Positions 1 to 13,160 of a stretch of DNA of 64,000 nucleotides are shown here, piece after piece. The stretch comes from Flaccisagitta enflata (taxonomy: Eukaryota), in assembly GCA_965153355.1 (NCBI GenBank), contig OZ231126.1:434001-498000 (forward strand), read 5' to 3'. Made by a program: the position numbers and the translations under genes. Positions within the stretch are counted from its first letter, which is position 1. Every line of letters begins with the position of its first letter. The notes under the pieces were generated by a model that saw only the letters and a list, made by a program, of their open reading frames with translations, was not told where the DNA came from and did not search any database.

Positions 1-368
1 ACAATCACTCAAAGCAGGGCAACGGGTATCGCTGACCACATATTGCCCTTGGGCGACCTGTTCAAGCCTGAAATCTGTCCTTTCAGGCTTTGTCCCTGCT
101 CTCACAGATTCAAGGCCTGAGAGGGCAAATTTCAGGCTTAAGAGGGCAGATTTCAGGCCTAAGAAGGTGGATTTCAGGCCTGAGAGGGCCGGGGGGGGGG
201 CGGATGGATGGACGGAATGAAGAATGGACAAACAAAAGTCCCCCTGTGTTCTACACGATTTCTCCCCCTTTGGGGCAGCTGCCCTGCTTTCTCTCACTCC
301 AATTCTCAATCATGCAAAGCAGGGCAACGGGTATCGCTGACCGCATATTGCCCTTGGGCGACCTGTTG
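1..368. mobile_element. 3' parts of two tandem DINE-1/HINE-like non-autonomous elements (family B, 21-bp internal minisatellite)
   Basis: End motif gcagggcaacgggtatcgctgacc(a/g)catattgcccttgggcgacctgtt occurs twice (1-62, ~320-367) and again at ~11745-11793 and reversed at ~48108; internal ttcaggcctgagagggcagat repeats. Confidence 0.65.
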
Positions 369-484
369 GGTTGTTGCTGCGTAAGGGCTGATGTCTTGTA
401 GAACATAGGGGTGAATTTCTGTGCATCTGTACATTCTTCCATTCTTTCTTCTGTACTACTCCCAAAGGCCCCTAGAGCCTTCTC

Positions 485-827
485 AGTAGCCCAACAATTA
501 ATTACCCAAAGTCATGGGAAAGTTCTCTATCAAGGGGAAATAGCTCAAAATCATGTATAGAGATGGTTCATGGAAAAAATCTAGCCATAGGACCCCAATA
601 AACTATGGCCGCCACCCACTCCATTCCCCATAATTAAGTAAAGGAAACTCTGGAGGCCAAATCTATTCCATTCATTTTCTATGGGATATGAGGGGGGTGG
701 CGGCCATAGTTTATAGGGGTCCCATAGCTATATTGTTTTGTTGGACCATCATTATACATGATTTTGAGCTATATCCTTTTGATAGAGAACTTTCCTATGA
801 CTTTGTGCAAATTCTTGTTATGCTACT
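485..827. mobile_element. MITE with long imperfect TIRs (AGTAGC...GCTACT)
   Basis: gtcatgggaaagttctctatcaa...ttgatagagaactttcctatgac inverted repeats; flanked by TCTC (or TTCTCA) direct repeats; second copy at 50704-51036. Confidence 0.8.
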
Positions 828-924
828 TCTCAGGCCCTAACCTAGTTCTTACACACCTGAAATCAACCTTTCCAGGCCTGAATTTGGCACTGTAATCTAA
901 GTAAGTTGTACTTGAAGTTGTGGG

Positions 925-1531
925 AGGGAGCGGGGCAGCAGCCCCAAAGTGGTCAATGACCTATGCTTTCACACATATGGGGTAATTTCACCTTCACCTC
1001 CTAGCAATTGGAATTTGGTCCGTGAGGTGGAAATTTGGGTATCTAGGTTGGGATTTTGGTATCTAGGCTGGGATTTTGGCCTCTAGGCTATGATTTGGAC
1101 CTCTAGGCTGAGATTTTGGACTCAAGACTGGGTGTTAAACCTCAAGGCTGGGTGTTAAACCTCAAGGCTGGGTGTTAAACCTCGAGGCTGGGATTTAGGC
1201 CTGGGGGATGGGATTTGGGCCTGGAGGCTGAGGTTTTGGCCTCTAGGCAGAGATTTGGGCCTAGAGACTAATTGTCAAGCCTCGAGACGAAAATGGGGTT
1301 GAGGTCTCGGAGATAGGATTTGGGTCTTGACTGGAATTTGGGTCTGGAAGATGGGATTTAGACCTTGAGGCTGAGCTTTGGGCCTGGAGGCTGGGATTTA
1401 GGCCTTGAGGCTAGTGGGGGGGGGGAGACGGACAGAGAAGGAGAAGGAGGAGAAGGAGAAGGAGAAAATTCCCCAAATGTGTGAGAGCATTTACTAGGTC
1501 ATCGACTCCTTCTTGGCCGCTGCACAAAAAA
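925..1531. mobile_element. HINE-like element family C with 21-bp (ctcgaggctgggatttgagc-type) internal minisatellite
   Basis: Inverted subterminal motifs ggcagc.gcccc.aag.ggtc.atgacctatgct ... aggtcatcgac.cc.tt.ggccgctgc; same family at 45924-46650. Confidence 0.6.
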
Positions 1532-1551
1532 TTGGATGCTACGTGACTGAC

Positions 1552-1789
1552 CTAATATGTATCTTAGCATGATGCAAAACTGCGCCGAGCCTCCCAAAAC
1601 GATCCACGATGTCGTTAGTATGAAAAAAAGATCCACGTCCAGGTTTTCAATATATACATATATAACTGGTTTTAGATATTCTGGTTTTAGATATTCGTAA
1701 GCAAGTGCGAAATCAAAGGCGATGTCCACTATGACCAAAATCGCCGCCGCGCACAGCAAAAATACTTGGCTGAATCGTTTCAACTCCAT
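1552..1789 (-). CDS. Putative first coding exon of an XK-related-like multi-pass membrane protein (rest outside window or not recognised)
   Basis: ATG at 1789; hydrophobic helix followed by 'VDIAFDFALAYEY' (D-x3-D..A..Y pattern typical of XK-family N-termini) and a second helix 'FFILTTSWIVLGG'; donor TAG|GTCAGT at 1551. The ORF tail beyond this runs into a repeat. Confidence 0.5.
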
Positions 1790-1814
1790 AGATCTCTAAT
1801 CTCACTTATTGACG

Positions 1815-1932
1815 GGTAGGTAGGTAGGTAGGTAGGTAGGTAGGTTGGTGCGTAGGTAGGTAGGTAGGTAGGTAGGTAGGTAGGTAGGTAGGTAAGTAGG
1901 TAGGTAGGTAGGTAGGTAGGTAGGTAGGTAGG
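1815..1932. repeat. (GTAG)n microsatellite
   Basis: Direct reading. Confidence 0.95.
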
Positions 1933-2035
1933 TCGTGTGAGATCAATTCTTTCATATGCGAAAATAAAAAGGTGGCATTGAGAGATGAAGAAAAAGACGT
2001 TTCTTGTAAATGAAAGAGCGCAAATACTAAGGGCG

Positions 2036-2072
<37 letters not shown>

Positions 2073-3396
2073 AACAAGCAGAGACAGACATACAGACAGA
2101 TAAAGGAACAAAAAGAGACACAAACCGAGACCGAGAGACTGACACGTAAACAGACAGAGACTGAGTCAGAGACAGACAAAAACAGACAGTAAGACAGCCA
2201 GATTCAGACCAACAGACACACAGAGACCTTTTCTTGTGTACTTTTTAGTCGCGTGCACGCGACATCACCAACCGCTTTGTCCATCCATCTGCCTTTCTGA
2301 GGGTCCGTCCGTCTGTGTGTCAGTCAAACATTACTTTTTCGGGCGTTTATGGCCAGTTTTTGCATTACTGCTCCTGCTCATATGTATGGTTAGCCTTTTT
2401 TCTGTTTTAGACCAATTACTACGCGAATAAAAAAAAAGACGCACTTTCAAATGGCTTATTTAGCCATACAAATTTATAGATACAAATTAAAATCTTAGAC
2501 CATTTTAAAGTCCTTTGAAGGTAGAGAACCACTAGAGCACACCCGTTGAAAAGGCATGCCCGCCTATAAGGCATCTAACTTACAGTCCCTTGAAAGATTT
2601 TGTAGTTATTTCTATGTTGGCAATAAGGCAGCTTCACTATAAGGCAAAATTTGGCCCAGTCCCTTTGCATGCGAGCTAGTGAAGCTCAACTGTACTTTTA
2701 TTTGGCGCCAATCTGGTATTTCTATCTTTTTTCGTTTAGAGATGGCATTAGTTTGAATAAAAATGTTGCCTATCTCAGTTTTGCAATCCCTATGTAAAAA
2801 GTGCATTTTAGCAAAATAGTGCTTCTCTTTGCAGAGCTCTAGCTTCTAAACCATTTGGTCTAGAATGAAAGATTTTTTGAAAATCTTTAAAATTGATTAT
2901 ACTGAAAATAGTTAAACTTATTTTTTTAATCTGTTTTATTAGTAAGTAAAGGGAGAAAATAGTAAAACTGATTTTTTTTCATCTGTTTTATTAGTAAGTA
3001 AAGGGATGCGTCTTTTTTTTTCTTGATTCGCGTTGTAACATAGAATGAAAATGTTAACTACGTCTACGACTGCCAGCTGCCACCCACAAAAGGCTTAAGT
3101 AAAAAAATGTTGATATACTTCTAGAAATGATTAACGTCTCAGATTAATGATGATAAAACTAAAAAAAAAAAATCTTTAATTCATTATACTCGCCTCTAAA
3201 AAGAAGTAACACGGTAAAGAAAAAAATGTTTGTCTTTATTATTCTATTTGTGGAATAATTCAAATAAAATTGTCTTAAAGCAACAGTCGCAAAAGCGTTA
3301 GATGGTCAGCAGTACCCGTGCCCTAGGTTGTGGTTAAAGTTGAAGGGGGAGCAGGGCAGCGGCCCCGAAGGGTCGATGACCCATGCTTTCACACAT

Positions 3397-3995
3397 CACT
3401 GTTCTCTGAAAACATACCACAGCGAGACAAAAATATAAGCCCGCATAAAAAGATGATTATGTTGGTCAAAAAGTTTGCTTTGATATGTTCACATTGCATG
3501 TCTATGGGGTTTTGCCCGCTTTCCAAATCATCAAAGGGTCCTTTTCAGCCTTTGAAGTCGGATGATAGCAAAAAAAAAAAAAAAAAAAAGAAACACCCAA
3601 ATCTTCTAATTTTTTTCATAACAGAATTTCAAAAAATGCGTTTTTTCTTTAAATACCTTATCTTGTACATGCAGCAGCGCCACCAAATTTTAAGAATATT
3701 ATATTCAGTCCATCTTTTAGCATATTTACAAATGTTGAACACATCGAAGAACTTTTACAGGCATTTTTTATACCTTACATGATTGGAAGTAGACACAAGT
3801 TTACAAAATTAGAATTGAGTAAAATAGCGAACTTCAACACGAAAAAAAAAGGCATTGAATGAGTTGGGAAGCGGATAAAACCATATATATTCTTCATCAG
3901 TACAACAAACTACACCAGTTTCAAATATCAGTGTTGGCCAAAAGTGAGTGCTTAATTCCTATTGCCCCAAGGTTATGTGCTCTCAGAGCATAGTG
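3397..3995. mobile_element. Non-autonomous CACTA/CMC-like element nested in a family C HINE
   Basis: Ends CACTGTTCTCTGA...TCAGAGCATAGTG; CAT duplicated at 3394-3396 and 3996-3998; removing it restores the HINE consensus ttcacacatatgggg. Confidence 0.7.
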
Positions 3996-4033
3996 CATAT
4001 GGGGGATTTTTTCTTCCTCCTTCTCCTCCTTCT

Positions 4034-4400
4034 TGGGCAGCGGCCCCGAAGGGTACGAAGTCCTGTAGAACACAGGGGGACTTTCGTTCGTCCGTCCGTC
4101 CGTCCGTTCGTCCGTTAGTTCCCCCCTTCATCAGACCCCTCAGGCCTCAAATTCAGCCTCTTAGGCCTCAAATCCAGCCTCTCAGGCCTCAGATCGGGCC
4201 TCTCAGGCCTCAAATCTGGCCTCTCAGGCCTCAAATCTGGCCTCTCAGGCCTCAGATCTGGCCTCTCAGGCCTCAAATCTGGCCTCTCAGGCCTCAAATC
4301 CAGCCTCTCAGGCCTCAGATCTGGCCTCTCAGGCCTCAAATCCAGCCTCTCAGGCCTCAAATCTGGCCTCTCAGGCCTCAAATCTGGCCTCTCAGGCCTT
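4034..4400 (+). mobile_element. HINE-like family B 5' part with homogeneous 21-bp minisatellite (ctctcaggcctcaaatctggc, about 12 units)
   Basis: gggcagcggccccgaaggg.ac.aagtcctgtagaacacaggggga head, (GTCC)n, then 21-mer array; this explains the 'PLRPQIW' ORFs. Confidence 0.75.
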
Positions 4401-4607
4401 GAGGCTAGGATCTGAGTCAGAGGGCGGGGGGGCGGGACGTAGGAGAAGAAGGAGAAGAAGCGGCCATCCGTTATTGCGGGGCTCAACTCATCGGTGTAGG
4501 ACAAGGGACATCCAGGCCATCCATTTCCAAGTTAGTATTTATTTCTTTTTTAGATTTTTACCGTTTCTGTCCATTTACCGGAGCTAGAGCCACAGATGGA
4601 GAAAATC

Positions 4608-4660
<53 letters not shown>

Positions 4661-4968
4661 TTACGCAAACAAAAAGAATAGTCTATCAGACAGGCAGAAA
4701 AACAGACAAACACAGTCATATAGACAGCCAGAGAGTCGGGTAGAGTATGACAGATTTTCAACTGATAAAACAACCACGCGCAATTACAATCAAGAAAATG
4801 TGTTAAGACAATTATCTAATAGTTTTTGATAGTTTTTAACAAAGCATTGCACCTTCGTCAAATTTTGCAGATTCTATTTTTGCGATGTTTTAGTTATTAG
4901 AATAAAATGGAACTATCTAATTAAAGTCAACCCACGGCGTGGTAGCAAAATCATCAATTTGTTGATCC

Positions 4969-5285
<317 letters not shown>

Positions 5286-5461
5286 GCGCGAGGTTGACTT
5301 AGTTAAGGCTAGTTTTGAAGGGAGAGTCCTTTAGATTTACGCAGGCTACACTTCTTGATCCTACACTTCACATTGCAGAAAACTTCGGATCACTTATACA
5401 TAGGTTTATAGTGTCTAAACTGCATCATCATAAATTATTTTAGAAATTTTTTTTCATTTTA

Positions 5462-6215
5462 CAGTATGTTTTTTCTGAACTGACATGAATAAAAATCTTA
5501 TAACTTTGCAATGGAGCAAGATATTCAAAATCCGAAAAAAACGCTAGATAGATCTTGGTCTGCAGATTTTTTATCTTAAAAAGAATGATCCATCAGTTTA
5601 AAAAAGTATGCCCCCACTTTATGTAAATCAAAATGTCCATTTCTCAAATAGTATAAATTCTCAAAAGCATCTCTTAAATACATTATGTTAAATTCATGCT
5701 GAATCTCTATAGATCAAGCTAAAACTCCAGGAGTGGTCTTAAATGAAAGAAAACTAATCATAGATGCTTATTCTGCCTCATTATTGTGACAGAATTACCA
5801 ATTTTAAGTTCAGAGTCACAAATTAATCATTTTTTCTCTAAAATGTGCAAAAAAACACATTTTTTGGCGCAAAATGTTGATGATAATTGAGCCACTTGCG
5901 TTTTTAATTCAAATTGGAGGAATAAGTCAATTCAGTTTGTTCACTACAGCGTCTTGGATCAAAATCAGGATAATAGATACGAAGTTGTGATGATTTTATA
6001 AGAATTTTGCTTATGAATTTGGCAATTTTCTTTAAAAACACTGACTCAGCTTGTTATTACATGATGGTTACACCATTTCATGATAAACCATAAGGAAAGA
6101 ACATGAAAAATCTGCAAACCAATATCGATCTAGCACTTTTTTCGGATTTTGAATATCTTGTTCCATTGCAAAGTTATAAGATTTTCATTTGTGTCAGTTC
6201 AGAAAAAACATACTG
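5462..6215. mobile_element. Tc1/mariner-type MITE
   Basis: ~100-bp TIRs CAGTATGTTTTTTCTGAACTGACA... / ...TGTCAGTTCAGAAAAAACATACTG, TA on both sides. Confidence 0.85.
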
Positions 6216-6736
6216 TACTAAAAACCAAAAGCACTAGTTTTCATTTTGCATTTTGTGCTCTTAAACCTTTGGAATATCTTCTGCAAGAAATAAAAGTGAT
6301 TGTTTTAGCTCAAGCAAGTAACTCTGTATGCTTTGATACATATTTGTTTTGATTGCAAATGAGAGTTGTCCATGAATTCTATCACAGACAAACTAAGAAC
6401 TCGACCGTGTACTACTTCACTCAATAAAGAAGCCGCACTTTTAAAAGGCAAATTGTAATATTGAATTTCAAAAAAATTAATCAAAATCTTAGACCACTAG
6501 AAAACTCTTGAAAAGATCTTCCATTTGGCTTCAATCTGGTAATTCTAGCTTTATTCGTTTGAAAATGGCATGAGAATGAGTAAAAACATTGTCATTATCA
6601 GTTTGCAATCCTATTGAAAAATGAGCATTTTTACAAATTAGAAGATAACTTTGACAATGGGACCTAGACTGGAGGATAGATTCTAGGTATCCTAATTTCA
6701 TTTGTACTATGAAATATTTTAGATCTAGGCTAATTA

Positions 6737-7164
6737 CACTCTTTTTTTTATATAAGGACCAGTAAATTTTTTCTGAGGCTGGGATGTCCTTAGATTTTAG
6801 CAAATTTCAGGCTGAAATGTCCTTAGCGTGTCCTTAATATTTTTTATGATTTTCTTATGATTATGTTTTATGCATTGAAGTAATTGATGTTCAGTATCAT
6901 GAAACACAAGTTAGATATGACAATAATTGCTTTGTAGTTGTTATTTATAGAACATTTTATCATTTAGCAAAAATGAATGCTATCATTTCTTTTAAACGTG
7001 GTTATTTTCTTTAAGAAGTTGTGTAAATACAATCTAAATTTTGAATCAAATTTTTTTTTTTTGCAAATCTGAGGCTGGGCTTTGTCCTTAAAATGTTCCT
7101 AATTTTTGGCAATATTTCAGCCTCATGTCCTTATAAACTTTGTCCTTACTCAAAAAAAAGAGTG
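6737..7164. mobile_element. Tc1/mariner-type MITE (CACTC(T)n ends)
   Basis: TA-CACTCTTTTTTTTATAAGGAC ... GTCCTTACTCAAAAAAAAGAGTG-TA; related to 13161-13621. Confidence 0.75.
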
Positions 7165-7178
7165 TAAATGTTGCTCTA

Positions 7179-7218
7179 TTGAGGTTTAAGAGACGCAAAT
7201 GCGTCTCTTAAACCTCAA
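7179..7218. other. Perfect 19-bp-arm palindrome/hairpin
   Basis: TTGAGGTTTAAGAGACGCA-AA-TGCGTCTCTTAAACCTCAA. Confidence 0.9.
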
Positions 7219-7267
7219 CTTGTGACTTGACCTCATCAAGACTTCATTTTTCAAGGTTCTAACCACT

Positions 7268-7518
7268 TTTAGTCGCGTGCACGCGACTCTACAACCTGCT
7301 TTGTCCGTTGGTCGGTCCGTTGGTTGGTTGGTTGGTCCGTCATACTTTACTTTTTTTTATGATTTTATTTACATTGTATTGTATTTACATTGTATTGTAT
7401 TTACATTGTATTTATATTGTATTTGACCTCACTGCTCCTGCCCAAATGGTCTGGTGACGTCAAATATGGCCCCTGCCCACCCGCCCGCGACTTCGGTAGC
7501 CGTGTGTCCGGCCTTGTT
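7268..7518 (+). mobile_element. DINE-1/HINE-like element family A (representative; more than 10 copies in window)
   Basis: TTTT-AGTCGCGTGCACGCGACT 5' palindrome, (GGTC/GGTT)n microsatellite, 3' subTIR-like gc.cgcgact and terminal hairpin gtagccgtgt.tccggcc-TTGTT, in a T-rich site. Other copies e.g. 8955-9165 (-), 18056-18240 (-), 21013-21260, 22627-22772, 30165-30321. Confidence 0.75.
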
Positions 7519-9484
7519 ATAATATCGGGCGAAAAATTTTAGATAATTTTGAAAAAAAAGTCAAGAAAGAAAGAAAGAAAGAAAGTAGGAAAGAAAGTAG
7601 GGAGGAGAAAAAGATAGAAAGAAAGCAAGAGAGAAAGACAGGAGAGAATGGCAAGAAGACAAAAAGAAACGCAGAAAGAAACAAGGCCGGATACACGGCT
7701 ACCCCAGTGGGGTGTTTCATATCGATTTTTTTTTCAACGGATTCAATCGCTTGTTTGTCAGAATATGTCACTGGTGATAAGATTCACTGGTGTGGTGGAA
7801 ATTTTGGCATAGCTTTTGCCGTTTTAGTACACGGCCAAAAAATAGGGTCTAGCCAGCACAGTCAAAAAATTTTTTTTTCCAAAATACCCTAAAAAGTTTC
7901 TCTATAGCCCTAGGGGACAGGATCAAGTGTCAAAAGTTGACTGAAAATAGTCAATTTGGAGATATTGTCATTTTAGCACTTTTTCAAATGGTTTAGAAGG
8001 CATTAGGACCTCGAATAATTTATTTTTGCTACTAAATTCACTTGATTCCCACCCAAAATTTTATTGCGGATCTGATACCGGCAAAATTTTTTTTGAAAAA
8101 TGACCCCTAGACCCCTAAATTGAAAATTTTGGGTGATTTTTGGGGTTTAGGACCTCAAAAACATCAAAATTTTTGCCAAATTTGAACTGGCCTAGGGTAA
8201 TTTGGTAATACGAGTCCAGATCTGGCAAAACAAATTTTGAAAAATGACTCAAAACCGCCCAAAATAGCAATTTTTAGCTTTTTTGAGCGTTTTTTGAGGA
8301 TTAAAGAAAAAAGTTCACTAAAGAATCTGTAAAACTCATCTACTTACATGTAATTTTTTCTTGCGGATCAGAATCTGTCAAAAAAATTTGAAAAAATATC
8401 TTCAAAACCTGAAAATTGGCCTTTTTTGGGTATTTTTGGGGCATTAGGACCTCGAATAATCTATTTTTGCTACTAAATTCACTTGATTCCCACCCTAAAT
8501 TTTATTGCGGATCTGATTCCGGCAAAAATTTTTTTGAAAAATGACCACTAGACCCCTAAAGTGAAAATTTTGGGTGATTTTTGGGGTTTAGGACCTCAAA
8601 AACATCAAAATTTTTGCCAAATTTGAACTGGCCATACGTAATTTGGTCTTACAAGTCCAGATCTGACAAAATCTTTTTTGAAAAATGACTCAAAACCGCC
8701 CAAAATAGCAATTTTTAGCTATTTTTAGTGTTTTTTGAAGATTATAGGCAGAAATTCACTAAAAAATCTTCAAAATTCATCTACTTGCATGTAATTTTTT
8801 CTTGCGGATCAAAATCTGTCAAAATAGAATTGAAAAAATATCTCCAAATCCTGATAATTGGCGTTTTTAGGTATTTGGGGGGGGATTTTGGACCAAAATC
8901 CTTTCAAAACACTAAATGTGGTTCTTCTTTTTCTTAAGCAAAATTGAAAAAAAAAACAAGGCCGAATACACGGTTACCGAAGTCACGTGTGGGTGGGCAG
9001 GGGCCATTTTTGAGGTCTCTAGACCATTAGGGCAGGAGCAGTGGGGTCAAATAAATAAAATCATAATAAAAAGTAAAACATGGCCACCAGACCAACCAAC
9101 CTACAGACCGACGGACAGACGGACGGACAAAGCGGGTTGTAGAGTCGCGTGCACGCGACTAAAAAAAACCTGGCTTGTTCCGAATTCAATTTGGAGAGGT
9201 CTCGAAATAGGTTCGCAAATCGCCAAAAAAAAAAATTGTGAAATCTGAGTCACACCGGGTGCGAGTACGATCGACTCAAGAGGTTAGCCTAGAATTGGTT
9301 ATATGTCAAGTCAACCACACCTAATCCAATGTACTCCCCACCTCTTTCCTTCACGTTACGGCCCCGTTGGCAACGGCGAGACCTATGGGCACTAACTACG
9401 ACAACCACATCAATTACAACTACAACGACAATTACAGTGATAATAACAACGGCATCAAGAAGGATAACAAGAACGACGACCATG

Positions 9485-9850
<366 letters not shown>

Positions 9851-9859
9851 CTCAGTCAC

Positions 9860-10870
9860 AATTGTCAAGTCTGTGGTCAATTTTGAGTTGGTAATATCTT
9901 AGTCACAATTTTGAGTTGGTAATATCTTAGTCACAATTGTCAAGTCTGTGGTCAATTTTGAGTTGGTGGTCGCAATTTCACATTCAAGTCTGTGGTTGCA
10001 ATTTCCAAGTCTGTGGTCTTGAATTTTGAGTCTGTTTTCTTGTGTTTCGAGTCTGTGGTCATGAACTTTGAGTATTTCTTATCTGTGGTCCAAGTTTTCG
10101 GGTCCATGGTGGCAATTTTCGAATCTGTGGTTGTGATTTTCAATTTTGGGGTCGTGATCTTTATGTCTATAGAGGCAATTCGCGAGTTTGTATTTTCAAG
10201 TCTTTGGTCACAATTAAAGTGTCTGTGGTGGCGATTGTTGAGTCTGTGGTTGAGATTTTAGGGTCTGTGGTCGTTTTTTACATATTTTTGGTCGCGATTT
10301 TTGAGACCTTGTGGTGAGTCTGTGATCCCCTTTTTTGAATCTGTGGTTGCATTTATAGTCTGTGCTCACGTCAGCCGGGCCTATGGTCGCGTTAATTGAG
10401 TCTGTGGTTGCATTATTCAAGTCTGTGGTTGCGCTTGTAGAGTCTGTGGTCGCAATTATTAAGTCAGGTTGTGGTTATCAAGTCTTTGGTCGCAATTTAA
10501 AACTGGTCTGCATATGAGGCACAATTATCTAGTCTTTGGTTGTGATTTTTGATAATTGTATGAGATTTATATTGGATGAATTGTTGCACATGCCACAAGA
10601 CTGTGGTCATCATTATCGAGTCTGTGGTTACGTTAATCAAGTCGGTGGCTGCGTTAATCGAGGCTGTGGTCGCATAAATTGAGCCTGTGGTCGAATCAAT
10701 CGAGCCTGTGGCCGCGATTATTGAGTCAGTGGTCACAATTATCAAGTCTGTGGTCGAGATTATCAAGTCTGTGGTCGAGATTATCAAGTTTGTGGTCACA
10801 ATTTTCGAGTTCGTGTTTGTGGTTGCAATTTTTTGTGTTTGTGGTCGCAATTTTTGTGTCTGTGGGCACA
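9860..10870. repeat. Degenerate ~21-bp minisatellite (core agtctgtggtc)
   Basis: Core gtctgtggt recurs about every 21 nt. Confidence 0.8.
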
Positions 10871-11177
10871 ATTGCCACAGCTTGTAGAGGAAATATTATT
10901 TATTATCATATTCGAATTCTCCATGAAAATAGGATTTGAATGATATGCTGAAACATATACTTCAATTGTTATTATCCAAAAAAAAAAGATGCAGGAAGAA
11001 ATCATTTTCCTCTCACACATATTGATACAAATGTAATTCCGCGCTGCAGAAACATGACTACAAACTTGATAAATTTTAAGTCGCGTGCTACGTGACTCTA
11101 CATCCCGCTTTGTTGGTCCGTCCATCAGTCCATCCGTCCATCTGTCCGTCCGTCCGTCCGTCACACTGTACTTTTTT

Positions 11178-11793
11178 TGGGCAGCGGCCCCGAAGGGGAT
11201 AAAGTCCTGTAGAACACAGGGGAATTTTCGTTCGTCATTCCGTCCGTTCCGTCCGTCCGTCCGTCCGTCCGTTTGTCCCCCCAGGCCCTCTCAGGCCTAA
11301 AATTTACCCTCTCAGGCCTAAAATCTGACCTCTTAGGCCTGATATCTGCCCTCTCAGGCCTGAAATTTACCCTCTCAGGCCTGAAATCTGTCCTCTCAGG
11401 TATTGAATCTGCCCTCTCAGGCCTGAAACCTGCCCTCTCAGGCCTGAAAGCTGTCCTCTCAGGCTTGAAATCTGTCCTCTCCAGCCTAAAATCTGTCCTC
11501 TCAGACCTGAAATCTGCCCTCGCAGATTCAAGGCCTGAGAGGGCAGGTCTCAGGCCTGAGAGGGTAAATTTCAGGCCTGAGAGGGCAGATTTCAGGCCTG
11601 AGAGGGCCTGGGGAGGAAAGAGGGATGGAAGGATGGATGGATGAACGGAATGACGAACGAAGGTCCCCCTGTATTCTTCAGGACTTCGTCCCCTTTGGGG
11701 CCGCTGCCCTGCTTCCTCTCACTCCATTTCACGATCATTCAAAACAGGGCAACGGGTATCGCTGACCACATATTGCCCTTGGGCGACCTGTTG
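11178..11793 (+). mobile_element. Near full-length HINE-like family B copy
   Basis: Head gggcagcggccccgaagggg..aagtcctgtagaa, inverted tail ttc..caggacttcgtcccctttggggccgctgccc, internal 21-mers in inverted arrangement, 3' end ...gggcgacctgtt. Confidence 0.75.
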
Positions 11794-12541
11794 TTTTTTT
11801 GCGGTCTTTTGCCTCAATGCTCCTGTCAAAATGATTGAGTGACTTCAAATACAGCCCCTGCCCACCCGCACGCGACTGGGGAAGCCGTGTATCCGGCCTT
11901 GTTTTAACAGATGCGTGGCTCCCGCATCGGTCCGCGTCCACCGATTTGGATGCGATTTTTTGCACTGGTTCAATTTTTAGTCGCGGACACGCGACTCTAC
12001 ACCTTACCGTGTCGGTCGGTTCGTCCATCCGTCCGTCCCTCCATAACATTTTTAGTCACGTGCACGCGACTCTCCAACCCGCTATGTCCGTCTGTCAGTC
12101 TGTTGGTCCGTCTGTCATGCTTAGCTTTTTTTGGCGTTAACGGGCAGTGGTTACTGCTCCTGCCCAACTGCTTGGTTGGTAAATTTCATCACTGCCCCTG
12201 CCCACCCGCACGCCACTGGGGTAGCCGTGTATACGGCCTTGTTGAATTGCTAGCGGTTTTTGCATAACTGCTCCTATCCAACCATTCGCGACTGGATTGC
12301 CGTATATCCGGCCTTGTTTACAGAGCATGTCCCTGATACCGCATTTAACTTAATTCGCCACACTTTCCGTAGAATTAACCATGAAGTTAAAAAATATTTG
12401 ATGATCTATTAAAATCATTATTGAGCTAATTTTCTTGAGATTTTTTCAGCGTCTGACAATACGAGTCTCGAGTTTAAGATGGTGAATGATAATCATGTCT
12501 GGTTTTAAGAGTTTTGGATATATCTTTTTGTGATAGAAGTA

Positions 12542-12718
12542 CAGTTAAACCGCGCAATAACGGATGTCAAGGGACTAATAGATTTTATCCACTATAGGCG
12601 GATTTCCCTTATTACCAATATAGAATTTAAAAGAAATTGACATGAATGGACTAAGTTCTTAGATTCATTATAGGCGGATTTTCATTACTCTTGGATCTGT
12701 TATAGCGGGGTTTAACTG
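12542..12718. mobile_element. pogo/Tc1-type MITE
   Basis: TA-CAGTTAAACCGCGC.ATAAC ... GTTATAGCGGGGTTTAACTG-TA. Confidence 0.8.
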
Positions 12719-13160
12719 TATTTGGAAGATGCAGGGCATTTGTAGAGAGGAAAAGTGAAACTTTTGAGTCCGTTTTTCAAAGTGGAGTGAGTGTATGACG
12801 CAGCATGTAGATATTTGTTAGTGAAGTAGATCTGATAGCGTTTTGAATTGTACTTTTTTTTTTAACAATGTAGCTTTGAAGCTGCTGAACACAAATCGTG
12901 AACAAACAGCAACATTTGTGCAGCGGCCTTTAGCGGCTTCCTGTTTTTCTGGCTGAAAAGGCAGGATTTGAACCCATGAAAATCTTCACTTTCCCTGTCT
13001 AGCATTTGTTAATTTCCGAAAAGTAACAAAAGTTCAAATGAGGCAATTGGCCAGAGTTTTATGACCCTACGATAATCGACAAATATATCTTTGGATTCAA
13101 TAACGCCGGATATTCCTTGACGACAAAACGCTTTTCAGCACGGAGAGACAGCCGGGAATA

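Noticed and set aside
3962..4504. Repeat proteins (PLRPQIW / RPERPDL; also 11273-11644, 45888-46481)
   Set aside because: Translations of 21-bp minisatellites inside HINE-like elements.
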